Positions 10,158 through 16,690 of a stretch of DNA of 32,000 bases are shown here, one piece after another. The notes beneath the pieces are model-generated. The model saw only the letters and a list, made by a program, of their open reading frames with translations. It searched no databases and had not been told where the DNA came from. Every line of letters starts with the position of its first letter. The stretch's first letter is position 1. A program made the translations under genes and the position numbers. The DNA is from Moraxella nasicaprae (GTDB taxonomy: Bacteria > Pseudomonadota > Gammaproteobacteria > Pseudomonadales > Moraxellaceae): contig NZ_CP089977.1 in the NCBI RefSeq assembly GCF_025643275.1, positions 840,001-872,000 of the forward strand. The letters run 5' to 3'.

Positions 10158-11030
10158 ATGGCACAAAAACATCATGCTAACCATCGTCAGCAATACGATG
10201 ATGACATCTTTTTAATCAAAAAGAATAAAAAGTTTGGACTGGTTGATAAGAATAACAGCCCCATCACATCGGTGATGTATGATGATATTTTGCCACCTGA
10301 AAATGGTTTGTTTCGTGCCATTTTAAACGATGAGTGGTACATATTAAATCAACAAGGTCACGCCATAAGTCCTGCTTATCATTATATTGGCTACATTGAA
10401 GACAATCGTACCAAAGTTAAGTTATTTGACAAATTTGCCTTGTTTCATATCGACAATGGCTTATTGACGGATTTTGTATTTGATGGGATTGATGATTTCA
10501 TCGAAGACCTAGCACGCATTCGTCAAGGCGACAAGTATGGCTATCTTGATAGAAATGGGCAAATTGTGATTGATTGTCGATATGACGATGCGGGTTATTT
10601 TTCACAAGGATTAAGTTACGCCCGAAAAGATGACAAATATGGCTATATTGATGCTCAAAATCAAACAGTCATCGATTTTATTTATGATGATGCTGACTCA
10701 TTCAGTGAAGACTTGGCATCAGTGATGAAAGATGGCAAGACTGCCTTTATTGACAAAACTGACAAAGTGATGATTGGCTGGGCGGACTATGAAGCCAAAT
10801 ATTTTTTGCGTGGTGTCGCCCAAATCATCATTGATGAAAAAATTGGCTTTATAGATAAAGCAGGTCATATAATGATTGAACCACAATTTGACTATGCCAG
10901 TTATTTTGATGAAGAAACTGATTTGGCAAATGTAGAAAAAGACGGCAAAGAATTTAAAATTAACCGTCAAGGAAAGCAAGTAGGTAAGGCTAAGCAGGCT
11001 TTGCATTGGACTGACATATTTTTGACTTAA
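10158..11030 (+). CDS. WG-repeat (KWG-type) protein, cytoplasmic
   Basis: 290-aa ORF with about six tandem degenerate repeats of the type DKYGYLDRNGQIVIDCRYDDAGYFSQGL, KYGYIDAQNQTVIDFIYDDADSFSEDL and KIGFIDKAGHIMIEPQFDYASYF. There is no signal peptide. Confidence 0.7.
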   Translation: MAQKHHANHRQQYDDDIFLIKKNKKFGLVDKNNSPITSVMYDDILPPENGLFRAILNDEWYILNQQGHAISPAYHYIGYIEDNRTKVKLFDKFALFHIDNGLLTDFVFDGIDDFIEDLARIRQGDKYGYLDRNGQIVIDCRYDDAGYFSQGLSYARKDDKYGYIDAQNQTVIDFIYDDADSFSEDLASVMKDGKTAFIDKTDKVMIGWADYEAKYFLRGVAQIIIDEKIGFIDKAGHIMIEPQFDYASYFDEETDLANVEKDGKEFKINRQGKQVGKAKQALHWTDIFLT

Positions 11031-11039
11031 AAGGAATCT

Positions 11040-12005
11040 ATGAGCGAATTTTCTTTAATCCACACCCATTTTAAACACGCCACCGCCAAACACAAAAACA
11101 CCATGTTGGGCATTGGCGATGATTGTGCGGTAAGTGCCATTCCTTCTGATTGTGAACTCATCAGCTGTGTCGATACGCTGGTGGCAGGACGGCATTTTGT
11201 GTTTGAGACCGACCCACACGCCATCGGGTTTAAATCGGTAGCGGTGAATTTATCGGATTTGGCAAGTATGGGAGCAACGCCTTATGCAATTTTATTGGGA
11301 TTATCTTTACCAAATAATGATAATGAGTGGTTAAAAGAATTTAGTCGTGGTATTAGCGATATTTGCCAAAAGTTTAATGTGGAGTTAATCGGGGGCGATA
11401 CCACAAAGTCGGATATTCTGACCATTTCTATTACCGCACTTGGCTTTATTAAAAAAGGCAAAAGCATAAAAAGAAATAATGCCAAAATCGGCGATGTGAT
11501 TTGTGTCAGTGGCAATATTGGCTCGGCAAGTTTGGCATTAAATCATATTTTGGGCGAAAATGGACATTGCAAACATTCTAACTCCTTAAATGATTTATCG
11601 CCCACATTATGCACCGCCCTACAATACCCAACGCCACAAATTGATTTGGGACAAAAGTTAATTGACTATGCCCACAGCATGATTGACATTTCGGACGGCT
11701 TGGGGCAAGATTTGGGGCATATTTTAAAAAATAGCGGTATGGGAGCAAAGCTGTATTTGGACAATATCCCTTGTGCTGATGAATTAAATGCTTTGCCGTT
11801 TGATAAAAAATATCAGCATATTTTAAATGGTGGCGATGATTATCAACTTTGTTTTACAATATCAAAAGATAAATTTGATGAATTTAATATGCTTTATCCT
11901 AATTTAATTTACCCCATTGGCGAAATTGTAGAAAAACAAGGGGTGGAAATTTATTATCAAAATCAAATATTGGATTTTGAGATTAAAGGTTGGGAGCATT
12001 TTTGA
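11040..12005 (+). CDS. thiL: Thiamine-monophosphate kinase
   Basis: IGDDCAV, DTLVAGRHF, AVNLSDLASMGA, GGDTT and DISDGL motifs in a 321-aa protein. The last two-thirds of the gene are visibly more AT-rich than the first ~240 nt. Confidence 0.9.
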   Translation: MSEFSLIHTHFKHATAKHKNTMLGIGDDCAVSAIPSDCELISCVDTLVAGRHFVFETDPHAIGFKSVAVNLSDLASMGATPYAILLGLSLPNNDNEWLKEFSRGISDICQKFNVELIGGDTTKSDILTISITALGFIKKGKSIKRNNAKIGDVICVSGNIGSASLALNHILGENGHCKHSNSLNDLSPTLCTALQYPTPQIDLGQKLIDYAHSMIDISDGLGQDLGHILKNSGMGAKLYLDNIPCADELNALPFDKKYQHILNGGDDYQLCFTISKDKFDEFNMLYPNLIYPIGEIVEKQGVEIYYQNQILDFEIKGWEHF

Positions 12006-12583
12006 TGAGCTTACAAACTGATAACATAGAAAAAACCGAACGCCTAATCCGTGAAATTAACTTAATTCACGCCAAATATTCGTCAGATTATTTTGAAACA
12101 GGAAAAGTGGAAAAAATCAATTTAAGCCGTAGCTTAAAAAATATTCCAACAGAACATATTTTCTCTTATCGGCTCAATTTACACGAAGCGATTAACGATT
12201 ATTTGTTATTTTCTGACACCAAAGATATTAACTTTTATTATCGTGTCAAAACTTCTGAAAGCATTCAAGATAAAATTGAGCGTTATTTAAATCGTCAAAA
12301 TCAATACCCAACCAATAATATTTTAAATGACATTTTTGGGGCAAGAATTGTTTTGCCGTCTGATGATATTGCCATTATTTTGGAAAAATTGGACAATTAC
12401 AAAGACAAATACAGTCTTAAAAATTGGTATTTAAGAGATGTTGATGGTTATGTTGGTATCCATATTTATTTTAAAAATTCTAGTAATTTTTATTACCCTT
12501 GGGAATTACAAATTTGGGACGAAAATGACGCATTAAGCAATATTAAAAATCATATACTTTATAAAAGAAATTTTGTTAAATAA
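12005..12583 (+). CDS. RelA/SpoT-domain nucleotide pyrophosphokinase (small alarmone synthetase or toxSAS-like), 192 aa
   Basis: The synthetase motifs appear in the expected order: YRVKTSESIQDKIERY (R.K...S...K), NDIFGARIV (D..G.R), DGYVGIHIYF (GY...H) and WELQIWD....NHILYKR (E.Q......H...YK). ATG 12005 overlaps the thiL stop (TGATG), with a GGGAG SD sequence 7 nt upstream. The gene is strongly AT-rich. Confidence 0.75.
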   Translation: MSLQTDNIEKTERLIREINLIHAKYSSDYFETGKVEKINLSRSLKNIPTEHIFSYRLNLHEAINDYLLFSDTKDINFYYRVKTSESIQDKIERYLNRQNQYPTNNILNDIFGARIVLPSDDIAIILEKLDNYKDKYSLKNWYLRDVDGYVGIHIYFKNSSNFYYPWELQIWDENDALSNIKNHILYKRNFVK

Positions 12584-12600
12584 TTTGAGAGCGAAAGGCA

Positions 12601-13011
12601 ATGAATGAAATTCCATCGCATTTAATTTTTGGTAACACCTATTCTGATTTTGAAAAGAAGAAAGGTAATCCAACCGAATTTCTACCTATTAGCAAAGAAT
12701 TGGCTGACGAATTGGGCGTGCAAGTTGAAAATTGTGCCTTTTTTCCTTATAGTGGCGAAACAATGAAACCAACTCTAAATGGCAAGGGTATTATGCTTGC
12801 TGATTTGTCCGATAATAAATTACAAGATGGTAAAATCTATCTTTTAAGTATCAATTCCAGACTAGTTGTTAGGCGAGTGCAGATTTTATTAGATAAAATT
12901 ATTTTAATTGCAGATAATCCAAAATACCAAAATATTGAAGTTTTTGGCGAGCATTTAAATAATTTAAAGGTAATTGGAAGATTGCGTTATATTATGCAAA
13001 ATTTTGATTAA
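12601..13011 (+). CDS. Stand-alone S24 (LexA/CI C-terminal-like) peptidase-fold protein with no HTH and a substituted catalytic dyad
   Basis: Residues 46-135 align by eye with the LexA and lambda CI C-terminal domains: SGETMKPTL against G(M/N)SM, and LVVRRV against TVKRL. Thr54 and Arg91 occupy the Ser and Lys positions, with the same 37-residue spacing as LexA S119-K156. Only about 45 aa lie N-terminal to the domain. Confidence 0.65.
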   Translation: MNEIPSHLIFGNTYSDFEKKKGNPTEFLPISKELADELGVQVENCAFFPYSGETMKPTLNGKGIMLADLSDNKLQDGKIYLLSINSRLVVRRVQILLDKIILIADNPKYQNIEVFGEHLNNLKVIGRLRYIMQNFD

Positions 13012-13041
13012 TTTATTGATAGAAATATAAGTAAAATTGTT

Positions 13042-13668
13042 ATGACTAACCACAAACCCGATATTTATAAATCCAACCTGTGTCCGCCTTGCCCACCCAC
13101 CGCCACCGCCTTTGAAAGATGTGTGTATTGGCTAGGCATTGGGCTTGGTTCTGGTCTGCCCAAAAAAGCCCCTGGTACTTGGGGAACGGTGGGTGGACTT
13201 GTTATTGCTATGCCAATGTTATTATTGGGGTTTTGGGGGTTTTTGATTATTACCATTATTGGCTGTTTAATTGGTAGTTATATTTGTGGTAAGACTTCGG
13301 ATTTGATGAATGTTCACGATGACCCACATATTGTGTTTGATGAATGGGTGGGAATGTGGATTGCATTATTGCCCTATTCCTATTTTATTTTCAACGGTCA
13401 AGACATGCATGAACTCATTTGGCTTGGGGTTGGAGCATTGATTGCCAATCCTGTCATGACCATCTTTGCAACCATATTGGCTTTTCTACCGCCTTTTGCC
13501 CTATTTCGCTTTTTTGACATTATTAAACCATTTCCGATTAAATGGGTGGATAAAAATGTCTCGGGTGGATTTGGTATTTTGATTGATGATGTATTGGCAG
13601 GGATAATGGCGGCATCTGGTGTACTGCTTACCGTTTGGGGTATGGTGGCTGTGTTTGGTATGTCTTAG
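13042..13668 (+). CDS. pgpA: Phosphatidylglycerophosphatase A
   Basis: GLGSGLPKKAPGTWGT, DDPHIVFDEWVGMW, FRFFDIIKPFPI and DDVLAG motifs. Confidence 0.9.
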   Translation: MTNHKPDIYKSNLCPPCPPTATAFERCVYWLGIGLGSGLPKKAPGTWGTVGGLVIAMPMLLLGFWGFLIITIIGCLIGSYICGKTSDLMNVHDDPHIVFDEWVGMWIALLPYSYFIFNGQDMHELIWLGVGALIANPVMTIFATILAFLPPFALFRFFDIIKPFPIKWVDKNVSGGFGILIDDVLAGIMAASGVLLTVWGMVAVFGMS

Positions 13669-14232
13669 ATGATTGCTGATTATTCTGTGGATTTGGGACT
13701 GATTGTTTTAATAATAAGTGCCGCATTGTTATTTGCCTTTAAACGAGCTGCCAGCTTGCACGAGTATCCAAAAGAACAAATTTTATATGCTTTTTTATTA
13801 TTTGGCGGTGCATTAGGCGGTATCTTGACCGCAGGACTGATGATATTATTTAGTCTGTCGGCAGAAGACTGGCAATCCTTGTCATTACAATCACTTGATG
13901 TCGCCATCATCGCTCAATCATTGCTTGGTGGCGTTGGCTTATTCGGCATTACTGGGGCATTTATCGGTCTGATTCCAGCAGTCATCACAGGCATCATCAT
14001 TACCAAAAAACGCTTCACTCTTGTGGCAGTAAGCGAGTATTTGTCAGTCTTTATCATCGGATTTTTGGTCAGTTTGCCCATGGTCTTATTGGTGCACTAT
14101 TTATTTTTTGAAGAGATTTTAATCACCATCAAAGAACTCTTATTTATCCTTACCCCCTGTATTTCTGGTGGATTGTCCGCTATGATTTTGCTTAGGCTGT
14201 TTGTGCCAAATCGCTCACTCCATCAAAAATGA
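13669..14232 (+). CDS. Hypothetical multi-pass membrane protein
   Basis: 187-aa ORF with 5-6 predicted hydrophobic helices. Its ATG immediately follows the pgpA TAG (tagatg). The 3' end overlaps the convergent murI by 18 nt. Confidence 0.5.
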   Translation: MIADYSVDLGLIVLIISAALLFAFKRAASLHEYPKEQILYAFLLFGGALGGILTAGLMILFSLSAEDWQSLSLQSLDVAIIAQSLLGGVGLFGITGAFIGLIPAVITGIIITKKRFTLVAVSEYLSVFIIGFLVSLPMVLLVHYLFFEEILITIKELLFILTPCISGGLSAMILLRLFVPNRSLHQK

Positions 14233-15063
14233 CACAGGCATACCCGCCAATCTATTGGCAGTTGCTCGTACGCTGTCGGTCAAATCTGACGCATAAAACT
14301 GCACCTGCGTGCTGGCAGTGTTCGTATCATTTTGGGCGATTTTAAACAATTCCAACAACGACTGCACTCGCTTGGCGATGGCAACCCCAGAATCAATCAA
14401 AGTCATCTCAATGCCCTGCTCATCAATCCACGCCTGCAAAAACTCCCTAAAAAACGGATAATGCGTACAGCCTAGCACGATGACATCAACGCCCATCTGT
14501 TGCCATTTTTTGGTTTGCTCAATCAGTAAATCTGCCACCTGATGTGTGATGGGCATTCCCTGCTCCACCCACGGCACAAGCATTGGTTCAAAGTGCTTAT
14601 ATACTGTAATACCATTTGGTGTCGCCACCTCGTCAATCACTTGGGTCAGTAGCCTGCCTTGTAATGTTGCCTGCGTGGCAAGCACCGCTATTTGTCCTGT
14701 TTGAGTGATTTGGCAGGCTGGCTTGACCGCAGGCACCAGCCCAACAATCGGCACATGGCAACGCTCTCGTAGGGCGGACAAGGCGTGAGCTGAGGCACTA
14801 TTACAGGCAATGACGACCAATTTACAGCCCTTTTTACACAGCCAATCCACCGCCTGTAAAGTCAGTAACAAAATCTCATCGGCAGATTTGTTACCATAGG
14901 GAACATTTTTGGTATCGGCATAATAAATATAGCTTTCATACGGCATCAACGCCGCCAAATGACGCAAGACCGATAGACCGCCCACGCCAGAATCAAACAC
15001 ACCAATCGGTGCTAAATTTGATGAATGATGGCTATCAAAGACAGGTTGGGTCGTCATAATCAT
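14215..15063 (-). CDS. murI: Glutamate racemase
   Basis: IGVFDSGVGGLSV, ACNSASA and GCTHYPF motifs. The alternative start is Met3. Confidence 0.9.
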   Translation of the reverse strand: MIMTTQPVFDSHHSSNLAPIGVFDSGVGGLSVLRHLAALMPYESYIYYADTKNVPYGNKSADEILLLTLQAVDWLCKKGCKLVVIACNSASAHALSALRERCHVPIVGLVPAVKPACQITQTGQIAVLATQATLQGRLLTQVIDEVATPNGITVYKHFEPMLVPWVEQGMPITHQVADLLIEQTKKWQQMGVDVIVLGCTHYPFFREFLQAWIDEQGIEMTLIDSGVAIAKRVQSLLELFKIAQNDTNTASTQVQFYASDLTDSVRATANRLAGMPVSFLME

Positions 15064-15585
15064 TGCTCGTTTGGCTGATATTTTTGTGTGTATTTTAGCA
15101 CCACTGATTTATTTTAGCATTATTTTATCATATTCTGACGGTAATTCTTGATGATTTGGCTGAATGTACCGCACCGAGCAAATGCACTTGTATGAGAGAT
15201 TTTAAGCGTTTTAGACTTAGCCATCAAATAAACGAAAACACCGACCTAAAAAAACAGGCTAAAAACTAGCCAAAGACGAACAGGAACGCCAAGAGAAAGA
15301 GCGAGCCGAACAGCGAAGAAAAACACTCATTTAAAATGCCTGAGAGCCTAGATGAGCAATACCAAGGGCAGGCCCTTGATGAAGTTGCCAAGAGTTTTGA
15401 TAACAGTATTTTTTTCAAAGTGGTTCAAGGAGGCATGAGAGCAAAGAGTAGCCCATAAAGACCCTAAATTCATTGGTAAGTTTTATGAGTTGTTTGGGTG
15501 GTGAAAGTAAATCTTATTTCAGTTGATTTTAAAAATATATCAATGTAGAATAAGTGAATTGTTTAATTTTAGAAGGGGTAAGACT

Positions 15586-15858
15586 ATGCTCAAGAAAACA
15601 TTAATTGTTTCAACAGCTTTACTTAATATGATATTATTTCCAGCAGTAGCCCAAGCCAAAACTTATACAGATACTGCAAAATGTGCAGTTATTGTGCATG
15701 ATAAAAGTATTGCTCCTGCCAATCCACCACAATGGGTAACAGGTACAGGTACAGGAAAAACTAAAGCACTGGCTTGTACGGCTGCGAAAAAGAATGCAAC
15801 GAGCAAAGCTCCAAGAGGCACTTATGCTCGTCATTGTGATTGCGGTAAAAGAATTTAA
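15586..15858 (+). CDS. Small secreted basic protein with four cysteines (90-aa precursor, about 66 aa mature), unknown function
   Basis: ATG 15586 is preceded by an AGAAGGGG SD sequence. The signal peptide is MLKKTLIVSTALLNMILFPAVAQA/KT. The mature part is rich in Lys and Arg and has 4 Cys (C..C......CDC). The gene is AT-rich. Confidence 0.55.
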   Translation: MLKKTLIVSTALLNMILFPAVAQAKTYTDTAKCAVIVHDKSIAPANPPQWVTGTGTGKTKALACTAAKKNATSKAPRGTYARHCDCGKRI

Positions 15859-15868
15859 GGAGTTTTAA

Positions 15869-16165
15869 ATGCCAATAGGCTATGAAGAAGTAGTCAGAAC
15901 CGTTGTTTTTGATGTAATTGATACAGATGATGATGGTTTGGTTTATAGGCTTGAAGTACTTAAATCCAGTAATGGATTTAGGGGGCAATTATTCAGATTG
16001 GATTCATTTTCTTTGGAATGTTCTTTTTCTGATAATAAGCCTGATGAAAGTTTTTATGTGCTAGACACCCATTCTCATTCTGTAGATTTGGATGAAAAGG
16101 TATTTGATGACCCACAAAGTTGCATTGATTTTGTTGCCAATGCCTTACAAGAAAACTTTTCTTAG
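15869..16165 (+). CDS. Small acidic cytoplasmic protein (98 aa), unknown function, coupled to the upstream secreted protein gene
   Basis: It starts 10 nt after the upstream stop, with GGAG in the gap. It is rich in Asp and Glu and has no signal peptide or TM helix. A strong terminator follows. Confidence 0.5.
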   Translation: MPIGYEEVVRTVVFDVIDTDDDGLVYRLEVLKSSNGFRGQLFRLDSFSLECSFSDNKPDESFYVLDTHSHSVDLDEKVFDDPQSCIDFVANALQENFS

Positions 16166-16171
16166 AAAATT

Positions 16172-16206
16172 AAACCCATTATTGTTGAAATCAATAATGG
16201 GTTTTT
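16172..16206. terminator. Bidirectional rho-independent terminator
   Basis: aaacccattattg (16172-16184) pairs perfectly with caataatgggttt (16192-16204) around a 7-nt loop, and a T-run follows. It lies between the convergent stops at 16165 and 16209. Confidence 0.8.
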
Positions 16207-16208
16207 AA

Positions 16209-16580
16209 TTACTTCAACTCCGCCACGCAATACCTATCGCCCTTACTGCCATAATTGCATTTGCTTTCAATGACTTTTACGCATAACCGCTTATCGCAAT
16301 GACTGGTTTGTAGGCATTGCAGGTTTTGGGCTTTCTCAATTTTGGCGGTTAGGTGGTCTAGTTCCACTCGTCTGCTTGCAATTTCATCAAGGCTAGGCAC
16401 AAACCACAGCATAAAGCCCATACAGCACGCCATAAACACCACAAAACCGCCAAAATACCAAAGGTTAATACATAAATTAAATAAGACAATTTGATGGATA
16501 AAAAAACCATTTTTGCAAAACAATGGTAAAAAATCGTGAGCAAATGCCGTCAATTTATCGCTTTTACCCAAATCAATCAC
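16209..16580 (-). CDS. Hypothetical membrane-anchored protein with a Cys-rich C-terminal domain
   Basis: 123-aa ORF. It has a long hydrophobic segment (FFIHQIVLFNLCINLWYFGGFVVFMACCMGFMLWFV), then a charged helical stretch, then CLQTSHCDKRLCVKVIESKCNYGSKGDRYC. The start codon is uncertain. Confidence 0.4.
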   Translation of the reverse strand: MIDLGKSDKLTAFAHDFLPLFCKNGFFIHQIVLFNLCINLWYFGGFVVFMACCMGFMLWFVPSLDEIASRRVELDHLTAKIEKAQNLQCLQTSHCDKRLCVKVIESKCNYGSKGDRYCVAELK

Positions 16581-16690
16581 ATAAAGTCAATAAATTAACT
16601 TGCCTAATTGCATAAGATTGCTAAAATAGACATATCTAGCACGCTAATCCTGATGGTTAGCCAGCCATATTGATATTAAGGAATCTTTTT

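Noticed and set aside
11990-12004. Upstream ATG at 11990 as the start of the RelA/SpoT-domain gene
   Set aside because: It would lie within thiL without an SD sequence. ATG 12005 has a GGGAG SD sequence at ideal spacing and the classic TGATG stop-start overlap. The choice does not affect the domain call.
16500-16506. A7 homopolymer (T7 on the coding strand) near the 5' end of the membrane-anchored Cys-rich protein gene as a phase-variable tract
   Set aside because: Seven residues is borderline. It encodes Phe-Phe in a hydrophobic helix, where T-runs are expected by composition. There is no evidence of variation from a single sequence.
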